In this document: one piece after another, positions 1-9,409 of the stretch | Layout: each line of letters opens with the position of its first letter | How positions within the stretch are numbered: the stretch's first letter is position 1 | Assembly (NCBI GenBank): GCA_016935525.1 | Contig: JAFGQU010000002.1 | Coordinates: 98,560-162,559 of the forward strand | DNA: 64,000 nucleotides | DNA from: Candidatus Omnitrophota bacterium | Lineage (GTDB): Bacteria > Omnitrophota > Gorgyraeia > Duberdicusellales > 4484-171 | Direction of reading: 5' to 3' | Notes under the pieces: model-generated | Seen by the model: the letters and a program-made list of their open reading frames with translations, nothing else | What the model was told of the DNA's origin: nothing | Databases searched by the model: none | Position numbers and translations under genes: made by a program

Positions 1-1
1 G

Positions 2-256
2 GACTTTAATCGCTCCTCTGGTATAAGGAGGTACTCTTACCGAATACCTCATATCATCCTTTACAACTCCCTTGCTCAAGCCAATATATTCACCGTTTTT
101 ATCAAAAACCGAAGCGAATACATGTATGGTATCTACAGCGTATTGACAAAGGCCTATCTTTCCGGAAATCAATACCCCATACTCTTTCCGGACACATCCT
201 ATTCCCACTATACACACTATTAAAAAGCAATAAAAATATTTTTTAGTATGTTTCAC
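2..256 (-). CDS. Putative lipoprotein, partial (runs off window start); not in the supplied ORF track
   Basis: AGGAGG RBS at 262-267, then GTG at 256. The frame reads MKHTKKYFYCFLIVCIVGIGCVRKEYGVLISGKIGLCQYAVDTIHVFASVFDKNGEYIGLSKGVVKDDMRYSVRVPPYTRGAIKV with no stop to the edge. Basic N-terminus, hydrophobic stretch and lipobox-like GIGC. Confidence 0.75.
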   Translation of the reverse strand, partial: MKHTKKYFYCFLIVCIVGIGCVRKEYGVLISGKIGLCQYAVDTIHVFASVFDKNGEYIGLSKGVVKDDMRYSVRVPPYTRGAIKV

Positions 257-268
257 GTTATCCTCCTG

Positions 269-2371
269 TTATTCGTGAGTGACGATAAAATCAACCGGTT
301 CGTAAATCTGGGCCTGTCCGTATTCCCAGCTTTCTACCAGATCCTCATGTGCATCAAAAGGGATCCGCAGGCAGGTAAGGCTGAGTGCTGGAAATGTATA
401 CAAAAAGGTACGTGCTCTTTCCGATATTTCCTGCCCGGCTACGGTAATTTCACCCGTGAGTTCTTTACCGTTTTTATTTATCACCATCATTATTATATCA
501 CTATCATTTTGGCACGCATAGATGTTGAATGCCCCGGATAATGACGTCGTTACCTTGAGAATACGGCCGTGAAAATAACGGGAAAAAAGATAAAAAGGGT
601 AATAAAGAGGCGTCTTTTGATCGGTATCATCGATAAGCGCAGCGTATTGGTCAGAAGAATTAAGGCAAAACTGAAGAGCATAATCGACCCCGTGAGTCGC
701 GAATATCCCGTAACAATCGGCAAGGTACAATACTTTAAGAATATACGGGTAAGGAATCATGGAATCCGCTTCAACGTTAAATTCGGTAATTGCTAATTCT
801 AATTGCGGATCGATCTCCTCAATCCATGTTCTAAACGCAGGCACTATTGCATTTACTTCATCGTACGGCAAAGACAGATCATATTTATTAGGGTATTCCT
901 GATCCCACCAGTTTCGTGTCGAACACAGCAACTCTTTCAAAGGAACTTTTTTTATATCTCCAAAATCGGCAAAAAAGTGAAAACTAAACACGTCTAAAAT
1001 ACGTACTCCTTCGGGATTCTCCGTGCTATTCTGTTCATAATCCCGGCATTTCTTTATAAAAGAAAGCGCAGCGTTTTCATTTTGGTCATCCCCGGAAAAG
1101 GTCTTCCAGTCTTGATGTGATGTCGAGATGCCGGGGGCGAAGATCTTTATATCCAAAGAAGGATCTATTTCCTGCTGAACCTTTTTTATCATATACGCGA
1201 TCTTTTTGAATGTATTGAAATACTCTTCGACCGCATACGGTTTATCAACCACATCATAATGCACGTTATGCCAGATAAACGGTTCGTTACCGATTTCAAA
1301 AAACCGTACATTATATTTTTTCTCCTGATTAAGATACCGAATAAACGAGGCGACATCCGAAAGCGAGTTTTCTTTAAATACGGTGTCGCCATTCGTTCCG
1401 GTCGTAAAATAGCCCAAGGCATTTATTTGAATAAGCGGTTCCGCTCCCAAGGACCGGCAATAACGGATAAATTCATCAAGTCCGGTCATCAGCTGAGTCT
1501 GATCTGAACCCGGGAAAGAATATGTATTTTCCCGCCAGTCGTAACGGTCCATAAACGGACCGCCGGCACGGATCATTTTAAGATTGAGCGGAATCACTTC
1601 CTTTTTATCGGGAAGATCAAGCCACACCCCCCAATTCACGCCGTATAGATACGGATGTATCATCGGGCCCGCTGATGATACGGGGGGAAGATGTATTTCT
1701 ATCGACGGAGCTCCACGGGGTTGCATGTGACTGGCTATTTGTGTAAAAATATGACGAGGTGGCTTACTGCGTATATCTTCCAGGCTCACTCTTCCGGTTA
1801 CTTTTTTTAAAAATTTCATGTTTTGCACATACATCGTCCCTTTTTCTTGATCGTATCCTTTTTTATGAAAGCCGATTCCTTTTACTCTATCCCATTCGAT
1901 AGAAGGAGAATATCCGGGGTGACGGGGCGCCCAATCCTTCGCTATTTTGAAATCGGAGAATACAAGGCAAAAAGATTGATAGCCAGGAGTAATCATGAAT
2001 TTCGTCTGATAACGTTTAGACAGGCCTGTATTCTTATCTTCGGTGACGACATAACAGTATATTTCCTGAGGGATATCGCTTTTGGCGACTAATTCAATAC
2101 CCTGGTATCCTTCAATATTTCGAGGGTTTTCATACTCAAGATAAAAATCTATTTCCGGCCAGGGCCATAGCTTAGTCGCCCCTAAAGAATATGTCAGTTG
2201 GATACCGTCTTTTTCTTCGATGACCCCTTGAGAGCCGCCTTGGTGCCCTGAATCGGATATGACTTTCCAGGAAGAAAGTTTCCCCAGAGTTACCGGGATG
2301 TCCTGCCGGCCGCCGCAGCCGGAAAGCAGGACAGCAAGGAAAAAGAAACAAACGAAAATTATCCTTTTCAT
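269..2371 (-). CDS. Lipoprotein with CBM11/CIA30-like carbohydrate-binding domain and GH44-like (clan GH-A) glycoside hydrolase domain
   Basis: Lipobox LLSGC; motifs IHPYLYGVNW, RAGG..DRYDW, FEIGNEPFIWHNVH (acid/base), LDVFSFHF, STRNWWD and LAITEFN (nucleophile). Confidence 0.7.
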   Translation of the reverse strand: MKRIIFVCFFFLAVLLSGCGGRQDIPVTLGKLSSWKVISDSGHQGGSQGVIEEKDGIQLTYSLGATKLWPWPEIDFYLEYENPRNIEGYQGIELVAKSDIPQEIYCYVVTEDKNTGLSKRYQTKFMITPGYQSFCLVFSDFKIAKDWAPRHPGYSPSIEWDRVKGIGFHKKGYDQEKGTMYVQNMKFLKKVTGRVSLEDIRSKPPRHIFTQIASHMQPRGAPSIEIHLPPVSSAGPMIHPYLYGVNWGVWLDLPDKKEVIPLNLKMIRAGGPFMDRYDWRENTYSFPGSDQTQLMTGLDEFIRYCRSLGAEPLIQINALGYFTTGTNGDTVFKENSLSDVASFIRYLNQEKKYNVRFFEIGNEPFIWHNVHYDVVDKPYAVEEYFNTFKKIAYMIKKVQQEIDPSLDIKIFAPGISTSHQDWKTFSGDDQNENAALSFIKKCRDYEQNSTENPEGVRILDVFSFHFFADFGDIKKVPLKELLCSTRNWWDQEYPNKYDLSLPYDEVNAIVPAFRTWIEEIDPQLELAITEFNVEADSMIPYPYILKVLYLADCYGIFATHGVDYALQFCLNSSDQYAALIDDTDQKTPLYYPFYLFSRYFHGRILKVTTSLSGAFNIYACQNDSDIIMMVINKNGKELTGEITVAGQEISERARTFLYTFPALSLTCLRIPFDAHEDLVESWEYGQAQIYEPVDFIVTHE

Positions 2372-2383
2372 TATTTTACTTAT

Positions 2384-3394
2384 TTATTTCTTGCATGAAA
2401 TCTTCCGCAGGAACAATACGACGACGATAGGGACGCCTGCGGAGATACCGGTCACACCGAACATGGCCAGGGTTACTACCCATGCGGTAGTAATTACCCA
2501 TAGCGGTACGAAAGATAGCGATAATAAAAGCACCGCGGATAACGGAAACACACTCACGATGGAATCCAGCGCATCGAAACAGCTCGCCTGCGACAGGACC
2601 GACATCAGGATAATGCCTGCCGTCACCAGTAAAGGAGCCGAAAAGACACACCAACCAAAACCTCTTCTTTCCGACATGCTTTCGGTATATCGAGAAGATT
2701 CTACACCTAACCGATACAGAAAACTCAATATTATCAGTATTCCTAAAAAACCGTAATCATACATCTCCCGGGGGATATCCCGGCCGATAAAGAGCATCGT
2801 GTACACTCTTGTGAACGGAAGAAGGAAAAATAAATATTTCCAGCCGGTTTTTTTAAAACGAGAACATTCTATGAGGAAATAAGGCGTAAAAAAAGAGATC
2901 GAGAAATAAAACCAGGCACTGAGCGCGAAAGGATGGACGTGTTCAGTCAAGTAACCGGAACCCAACGGATCAAAAAAATGCCATCGCCACCAGTGGCAGC
3001 CCACCGCAGCCTCTTCAATCCCATAGGCAAACGCGGCGACGATCATCGCCGCGACTAATATGAGCGGGAATATTTCCGGTGATGACTTTCTGATCCGATC
3101 AAAAATCCTCTCAGCAAGATGCCAGGAAAGATAGAATACGATCATCCAGCCTATTGCCGTATTTACTATCGCCAGGGACAACGGCATACCGGAAGTATGT
3201 ATAAAAGGAGCCGGATGGGAAAAAACTCCCGGAATGGATATAAAAGACCCGGTTTCTTTTGCCAATCCGAAAAGGAAAGAAGATACAAAAAAACTCACAG
3301 TAAGCCGGCGCCCCCGGAGGCGCCGGGAATGGACAATAAGCAACGGGATACTCAGATACATAACCAGGAAAACAACAAGAATATGAATCGTCAT
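2384..3394 (-). CDS. CruF/DUF422 (carotenoid 1,2-hydratase)-like polytopic membrane protein, paralog 1
   Basis: Many TM segments; GW.IVFYLSW and AYGIEEAAVGCHWWRW motifs shared with 11291-12358 and 12334-13518. Confidence 0.55.
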   Translation of the reverse strand: MTIHILVVFLVMYLSIPLLIVHSRRLRGRRLTVSFFVSSFLFGLAKETGSFISIPGVFSHPAPFIHTSGMPLSLAIVNTAIGWMIVFYLSWHLAERIFDRIRKSSPEIFPLILVAAMIVAAFAYGIEEAAVGCHWWRWHFFDPLGSGYLTEHVHPFALSAWFYFSISFFTPYFLIECSRFKKTGWKYLFFLLPFTRVYTMLFIGRDIPREMYDYGFLGILIILSFLYRLGVESSRYTESMSERRGFGWCVFSAPLLVTAGIILMSVLSQASCFDALDSIVSVFPLSAVLLLSLSFVPLWVITTAWVVTLAMFGVTGISAGVPIVVVLFLRKISCKK

Positions 3395-3464
3395 AGAATA
3401 GCCATCTTTAAAAAACCGCGCGGCAATACCATGGATTTATTCCGCAAGGACCCTGTTTTTTGCA

Positions 3465-4694
3465 CTATTCAATTATATTTTTACTTTTTAAGGATGGTGT
3501 AAGATAAAAAATATTTCCCGAAACAATACTTTCGAGAAACGCTTCGTAATTGACGATGAGTTCTTTCAACGCGTTCTCATCAGTCACCGTGACGGATTTT
3601 TGAGCCATCTTCTTACAATAGGCACATTCAGAACAAACCCGCTGCGCACCGGCATCGTCGTTTAGAAAATGTTCGATGAATCCGTCTAAGGCGCGATTAT
3701 CGATATAAAGCGGCGGAGAAACCATAAGTTCCTTCATTTTGGAAAATCTCAGGACATCTACCTCCAGGGGACGGAAAAAATGCCGTAAGACATGGACCAG
3801 TTTTTTCACCGGGGAAAGATTTTCAAAGACAAAGGTCCGGCTGGGGTCGGAAAACAGATCCAACAGATTTCCGTCGTATCGTCGCCGGGTATAGGCAGCG
3901 ACAGTGCGGACAATATCCCTGGTCGGCATCGTTCTATTTACCAGTTTAAAATTATCTATCCCTATTTCTTCGTACACACCGGTATCTTCCGGACGGATCC
4001 ATCCGGACCGTATAAATTCTTCCGGGTTTTTCAAACGGATATGATTACACATAAGGAAACAATAGTCGACTACGAACCGGTTCCCGCTTTCGTCGGTCTG
4101 AGAGCTATGAGAACTGCTGTTTCCATGGTAAAGCCAGAAAGGACAATTTTTCAAACACTGGAGATTTACTATTAATTGCACTTCGCAAGATACATGATCC
4201 TTTAGTCTTCTCAATAAAAGAAAATTACGGTTGGCCCGGTGGACCGAAAGAGTGATCCTGTCGGCACCCATATCCTGCCAATGCCGCGCTTCCTGGATTG
4301 TATCGATACCGGTTTGAGTTGAAACATACACTTTGAATCTCGGATATCTTTTTTTGATACGCTGGAGGAGGTAGGGATTGGCGACAGTCAATGCGTCAAC
4401 ACCGATATGGTCAAGCCAACCCAGAAGACGCTCGATCTCATATTGCCCTTTCCTTGACCATTCTCTATTCCCCAAACAGGTACTGTTAAGCAGATAGTTA
4501 AAACGTAAACCATATCGATGCGTTTTTTCTACATAGCGCTTCACGGCACGCCGGGAAATGTCCGGTAACGCAAACGAGACTCGTCCTCCCCCGATGATAT
4601 CTTTCGCTAATTTACCGTATATTTCCGCCGCCGCGGTTTTATCGATTTGATCCAGCAATTGAAGGTCCCAATTAGTAGGAATGCTCAGTTGCAT
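3465..4694 (-). CDS. Peptidase U32 family Fe-S protein (putative O2-independent hydroxylase), long paralog 1
   Basis: GGGR, FNYLLNSTC, CLKNCPF...DYCFLMC, WIRPED and a C-terminal CSECAYC. Confidence 0.8.
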   Translation of the reverse strand: MQLSIPTNWDLQLLDQIDKTAAAEIYGKLAKDIIGGGRVSFALPDISRRAVKRYVEKTHRYGLRFNYLLNSTCLGNREWSRKGQYEIERLLGWLDHIGVDALTVANPYLLQRIKKRYPRFKVYVSTQTGIDTIQEARHWQDMGADRITLSVHRANRNFLLLRRLKDHVSCEVQLIVNLQCLKNCPFWLYHGNSSSHSSQTDESGNRFVVDYCFLMCNHIRLKNPEEFIRSGWIRPEDTGVYEEIGIDNFKLVNRTMPTRDIVRTVAAYTRRRYDGNLLDLFSDPSRTFVFENLSPVKKLVHVLRHFFRPLEVDVLRFSKMKELMVSPPLYIDNRALDGFIEHFLNDDAGAQRVCSECAYCKKMAQKSVTVTDENALKELIVNYEAFLESIVSGNIFYLTPSLKSKNIIE

Positions 4695-4750
4695 TATCTT
4701 TTCTTCACACTAAAACGCGCCGACGCGATTCGATACCCCACGGAACTATC

Positions 4751-7543
4751 TTATTCTAATAAACGGTTTTTCACAATTATTTTGCTTATCTGCTGTGCGA
4801 ATAGTTTTTGGCCAAAACTCGTAAGATGCATGAAATCCCACCAGAGCGGATTGTCCACATCCTGTTGATCTAACCCAGCTTGGGGCGAAAGCAAAGGCAC
4901 GCGATAACGATGCGCCAGTCCTTCCAGGACCACATGCATAATGGCGGCATGTTTGATATCCGCCTCCTGAGAATTAGGTTCTTTGACAAATACAATATCG
5001 ATCCCGCGTTGCTGGCAGGGAAGAATGAATTTTTCTATAAGAGTCTGACGGAATTTTTCCCGGATGGTCTCTTTGTCCGGCCGGCTATCGGCGCCATGTA
5101 CGCCGGTGAGTCGAAGCCGGGCGCCTATACGATAGACCATCCGCCGGTACCAGGGAAAAGACTGCTTCTTATATGTCTCTCTCGCGTTCAACCAGAAATA
5201 ATAATCGTTGTTCGAAAGATTTAACACAATAACCTTGGGGTTATATTTGTAGAGAAAATTATTAAAAAAATTGCCAAGAAAAAGAGAATTTGCGCCATTG
5301 ATACCGCAGTTGATCACTTTGATATTTTTTCCCCGGGCCGACTGATTAAGATACTCTTCCACATACGCCGCGATGGTATGAGCCCGGTCCACTGCTCCGG
5401 CGCCCCAGGTCTGCGATGAACCCAAAAGCAACACAATATCTTTCCCTTTTATTTCCTCATCATACCCTTCGCCAAAATCATTATTACGTAAAAACGCGGC
5501 CAACCCTTGAGGCGGACGGCAGAGTTCACTGATGTCTTTTTTGAGACGAAAATAGGAAAATACCGTAGGCTGTAGATCTAAAGGGAGATCCGAAACCGGC
5601 TCACGGCCTATCGCAAGGATAAGTATCGTAGCGGCCAGTATGAATATACCGTTACGGATACGGTGTGCCCGTACAAGAAAGAAAACGATTATTGCCAGGC
5701 AGGCGCAATACAACATAAAATAGAAGAATTTATCGTTACAAAGGATATCCCTGAACACGATAGAGAGGATGAAAAAAGGAAACAGCAGAGAAAAAAACAG
5801 GAATACACCGTAAAAAGAGAACTGCCCTTCTTTTGTCCGATAACGGGGAGCAATGCTCACCGCGAACAACATCGTCAGAAAAAGGATTATCCCCAACACA
5901 AACACCGAAGAAATGATTTTTTTCGTTTTTACCCAATCCAGAATATGTATACCCTCAGGCAATTGCCGGACAGATATGTCCGATAACCGAGGGGTGCCGG
6001 CAACCGGAAATAAATAGAACGGACCATCTTCCTTTTCTTCTTCATCGTACCGTTTCCGGTCGACCACAATACCGTCGATCTTCGCCTCTAACATCCCACC
6101 GCTTTTAAAAATATCCAGCCGATACCGTGTCCCTTTTTGTAACGGATATATGGTACGGGGAGATGTATAGTTAAACGAAAAATCGTTATAGGCACCGAAA
6201 TAAGGGGCTATTTCTTCAAAGCCGGAGGGAACATCCGGGTCTGCGCTTAAAATAAACTTGTTATTCCCCATACCCACAAGCAGTTTTGAATATCCGTCCA
6301 ACATACAGAGAGAAGAAAAATGGTACCCCTCTGCCGGCAGCTCGATGCGTTTAGGCCATACCAATTGTATCGGGCCGCGATAAGATTCCGATCGAGATGA
6401 CCCCGGATTCGGACGGTACCTTTTGAATATATTCAGTGAGGTCCCGTTATATATGAATAAAAACACACAACTTAAAAAAAGTACCATATAGAGAATATTC
6501 CGGGGAGAAAAATCGCCCTGGCGGACAAGGGATTTATACCGACTCCCATATACATACGCTGTCACAAATACCAGGCAATAAAGAGAAAAAAACCACAGAG
6601 AAGGGATCCAGACGGTCCCGAAATAGAACAGAGAAAAAACGGTAAACCGTAACGAAGGCCACAGATAGTTGACGAGTAACAGCGTGCTCCCGGCACACAA
6701 TAATACTCTCAACAAAGGCCGGACTATTTCCTGTACCGCTTCCGCCATACGATCTTCCGGCGATTTCCCTCCTATATATATCGCCAGGGATAAGAACAGG
6801 ACATGGATACCGAAACTGATCAAAACCGAATAAAGGAATACTATCGGCACCGGTAACGGTCCCTGGAAATCGTCATGAAAGACAACGAACTCTTTGCTCT
6901 CACTACCGGCATACCTCCCGATAATCTCGACATTATCGATTACTACCGAATGGAGCCCGCTTCTAAACCCGATCCGCCCCAATTCGACAGAAGGTTCGGC
7001 GATTACACCCGCTGGTTGTCCGTCAATATATAATTCAAATTGCCCTTCACGTAATACCACCGAAACCGCGTACCATCGGCCCACTTCCAGCGGAGAATGT
7101 GCTGCATCGATTTTTTTAATATTTTCCATGAACGGAGAGAACCGGATAAAACTCACATTCCGGCTGAGAGAACTACCCAGACGAAACGCGAAGCTTCCTT
7201 GCTCATTCTTTTTGAACAGAAAATATACATAACTTTGAGGGCTTCCTAAATACACATCAAAATTCACCCTGGTGAATCGCAACTGTTCATCCTCGGGAAT
7301 CTTACATTCGATCTGATTAAAACCGTAGAATTTATTGAGTGCTAAATTGTCGTCGACAAGATAATGCAAATACTTAAAGGAATACGTTCCCATTACCGGG
7401 TACGCCAAATGATCTTTCGCAATATCCCAATGCGTATCATCAAAAGCATTGAAGTAAGAATGTAAAAATATATAGGTATTGAGCGAAAACACCAGGACCG
7501 TAGCGAAAAAAAGGACAGCTGAAGAGGTGAAGTGTTTTTTCAT
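4751..7543 (-). CDS. Large membrane protein with two ConA/LamG-like domains, multiple TM segments and a C-terminal SGNH hydrolase/acyltransferase domain
   Basis: GRWYAVSVVLREGQFELYIDG and YRLDIFKSGGMLEAKIDG beta-sandwich patterns; SGNH blocks LLGSSQTWG, INCGING, LSNND and DFMH. Confidence 0.65.
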   Translation of the reverse strand: MKKHFTSSAVLFFATVLVFSLNTYIFLHSYFNAFDDTHWDIAKDHLAYPVMGTYSFKYLHYLVDDNLALNKFYGFNQIECKIPEDEQLRFTRVNFDVYLGSPQSYVYFLFKKNEQGSFAFRLGSSLSRNVSFIRFSPFMENIKKIDAAHSPLEVGRWYAVSVVLREGQFELYIDGQPAGVIAEPSVELGRIGFRSGLHSVVIDNVEIIGRYAGSESKEFVVFHDDFQGPLPVPIVFLYSVLISFGIHVLFLSLAIYIGGKSPEDRMAEAVQEIVRPLLRVLLCAGSTLLLVNYLWPSLRFTVFSLFYFGTVWIPSLWFFSLYCLVFVTAYVYGSRYKSLVRQGDFSPRNILYMVLFLSCVFLFIYNGTSLNIFKRYRPNPGSSRSESYRGPIQLVWPKRIELPAEGYHFSSLCMLDGYSKLLVGMGNNKFILSADPDVPSGFEEIAPYFGAYNDFSFNYTSPRTIYPLQKGTRYRLDIFKSGGMLEAKIDGIVVDRKRYDEEEKEDGPFYLFPVAGTPRLSDISVRQLPEGIHILDWVKTKKIISSVFVLGIILFLTMLFAVSIAPRYRTKEGQFSFYGVFLFFSLLFPFFILSIVFRDILCNDKFFYFMLYCACLAIIVFFLVRAHRIRNGIFILAATILILAIGREPVSDLPLDLQPTVFSYFRLKKDISELCRPPQGLAAFLRNNDFGEGYDEEIKGKDIVLLLGSSQTWGAGAVDRAHTIAAYVEEYLNQSARGKNIKVINCGINGANSLFLGNFFNNFLYKYNPKVIVLNLSNNDYYFWLNARETYKKQSFPWYRRMVYRIGARLRLTGVHGADSRPDKETIREKFRQTLIEKFILPCQQRGIDIVFVKEPNSQEADIKHAAIMHVVLEGLAHRYRVPLLSPQAGLDQQDVDNPLWWDFMHLTSFGQKLFAQQISKIIVKNRLLE

Positions 7544-7598
7544 TATGGTCTCCGGTCTTTTTCCGAAATAACTTCCCTATTCTTATCGGACATACCGG

Positions 7599-8369
7599 TC
7601 ATGGGTACAAAGTATAGACAATTCTATCGACCGGATGATCTTCTCCGTCATACGCCTCAAAATGAGGGTTTTTATAAAAAAAAGCGTTCTTTCGAATAAA
7701 AATAGGGGTTTCGATATTTTTTATAGCTATGACGATCTCTTCCGGTAAAGACGCCCCGCTCCCCGAAAAGATTTTAAATCTATCCCGGCCGCTAAACAGC
7801 GGATAGCGGGTAAGAGTAAGATACACATCCGGTACATGCAAGGAAAAAGAGAACGGCATCTCATCCAACTGTTCTTTAGCGACCCCCAAAGCGGTATTAC
7901 TCAATTCAATACGTTCAATATGCTGTTCTTTCATAAAGGCGGTAAAATATGTATTTACGGGAATCCGTTGCCATTTTTCGGAAATATTTTTTCCCGGCCG
8001 GCGATGGGTACCTAGCCTTGGATCCGACGGTTGGTGGGTTAAAAGCCGCCCTAAAGAAATTTTTACCCCGCTCTCCCGGCAGAGAGGGAGAAAACCCCAG
8101 TCGTTAAGCACGACTTCTAGGTCCAATCCTTGACAGCCCGATAACAACCGTACTATCCCTGCGTAGGCGTCAACACCTCTATCGGTAAGGAAAGGGGTCA
8201 CTAAGGTCATTCTCAATGCGTGTTGGCTGCAGAAATCCATCAACCGTTTCGTATCATCGACGGAAGGGATGTTTTCATTACAGAATTCATCGCCAAAATA
8301 AATCCGTTGATACCGGTCATCCCAAAGATCACATTGATCGATATGTTGTATATTTAACGCATATTCCAT
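7599..8369 (-). CDS. U32-related UbiV-like partner protein (start revised to MEYALN at 8369)
   Basis: RIYFGDEFC (cf. UbiV YLGE.VC), TLVTPFLT, EVVLNDWG, LGRLL and RIELSN; directly downstream of a UbiU-like gene. Confidence 0.6.
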   Translation of the reverse strand: MEYALNIQHIDQCDLWDDRYQRIYFGDEFCNENIPSVDDTKRLMDFCSQHALRMTLVTPFLTDRGVDAYAGIVRLLSGCQGLDLEVVLNDWGFLPLCRESGVKISLGRLLTHQPSDPRLGTHRRPGKNISEKWQRIPVNTYFTAFMKEQHIERIELSNTALGVAKEQLDEMPFSFSLHVPDVYLTLTRYPLFSGRDRFKIFSGSGASLPEEIVIAIKNIETPIFIRKNAFFYKNPHFEAYDGEDHPVDRIVYTLYP

Positions 8370-8386
8370 AATAAAAACATCATGAT

Positions 8387-9409
8387 TTATCGATAATAAC
8401 AGTATTGATCGCCGCAATACTTGCGGTATTTTTGAGCAAGACCCCGTACCTCAGCAACAAATTCTCCCTGCGGAATATCCTGTTCCGACAAGGCAATCGC
8501 ATCTTTTACGAACCGTATATTCCGAATCCGTTCGGTAAACATTGACCGCCCGCAAATCTTCACATGACTCACTTTTAATTCTTTCAAATCGCGCAAAGCG
8601 CAGGCTCCACAGGCATATAAAAATGACCGGGGATCATTAAAGTATTTTTGTGGTCGAAAAGCCGGTTCTCCCCCATCCTCAATCCCATAGGGGAAACAAC
8701 ACGCATGGTCATGGTTCACTACATACCTGTGCATTACCTGAAGTATTTTTCTGGGAATAACCGCCGCAGCAGATGCCAGCCACATATTGAAATGCCACAG
8801 AACAGTGGCGGCACCTAATCTTTTTGTAATATTCCCATGCTGGAAACGGCAAAACCCGTCCACATAAAAACAACGTTCGTTGAGGATAAAAACTTCGATC
8901 TCCATGCCGCCACCGGCGCAGATAGACCCTATTTCTTCTCTCGTCAGCTGGCGAGGCAGGATAATCCGCGAAGCCCCCATATTTTTATAAAAAGCGCGTG
9001 TGTGGGAATTGAATACGTTCGCGCAGGAACTGATATGTACAGATACATCGTATCCCTTCTCCCGCACATATCGTAAAAGCCCGATATCGCTTATGATAAC
9101 CGCGTCAACGCCGCAGTCATACGCTTGTTTTACCTGCTCCATTGCCGCACACAGCTTGTCGTCATCGTAAAACTCATTGAGCACCAAGCTCAAGGGAATT
9201 TTTAAATCGTGCGCTTTTTTCACTAACCGTCTTAACTGAGAAAAGTCGTTCAGGTTGGAAAACACCTCCGAACGGTGGTTTACGCATCCGGACCCTCTTG
9301 AATCACACCATTCATCCTTGGTGAACACGCCGCAATACAACTCATCGGCGCCGGCGGCAACGAGACTCTCAGCATCCTGCACTCTGTGGATAGGGACAAC
9401 TATATTCAT
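8387..9409 (-). CDS. Peptidase U32 family protein, UbiU-like
   Basis: AGADELYCG, GVDAVIISDIG, HISS.ANVFN, GASRIILPRQL, CFYVDGFC (CX6C), CGAC and KICGR. Confidence 0.8.
   Translation of the reverse strand: MNIVVPIHRVQDAESLVAAGADELYCGVFTKDEWCDSRGSGCVNHRSEVFSNLNDFSQLRRLVKKAHDLKIPLSLVLNEFYDDDKLCAAMEQVKQAYDCGVDAVIISDIGLLRYVREKGYDVSVHISSCANVFNSHTRAFYKNMGASRIILPRQLTREEIGSICAGGGMEIEVFILNERCFYVDGFCRFQHGNITKRLGAATVLWHFNMWLASAAAVIPRKILQVMHRYVVNHDHACCFPYGIEDGGEPAFRPQKYFNDPRSFLYACGACALRDLKELKVSHVKICGRSMFTERIRNIRFVKDAIALSEQDIPQGEFVAEVRGLAQKYRKYCGDQYCYYR

Noticed and set aside
7599-9409. Naming the pair ubiU/ubiV of anaerobic ubiquinone synthesis
   Set aside because: No ubiT or other ubi genes, the partner lacks the C-terminal Cys ligands, and the context is a glycosylation locus
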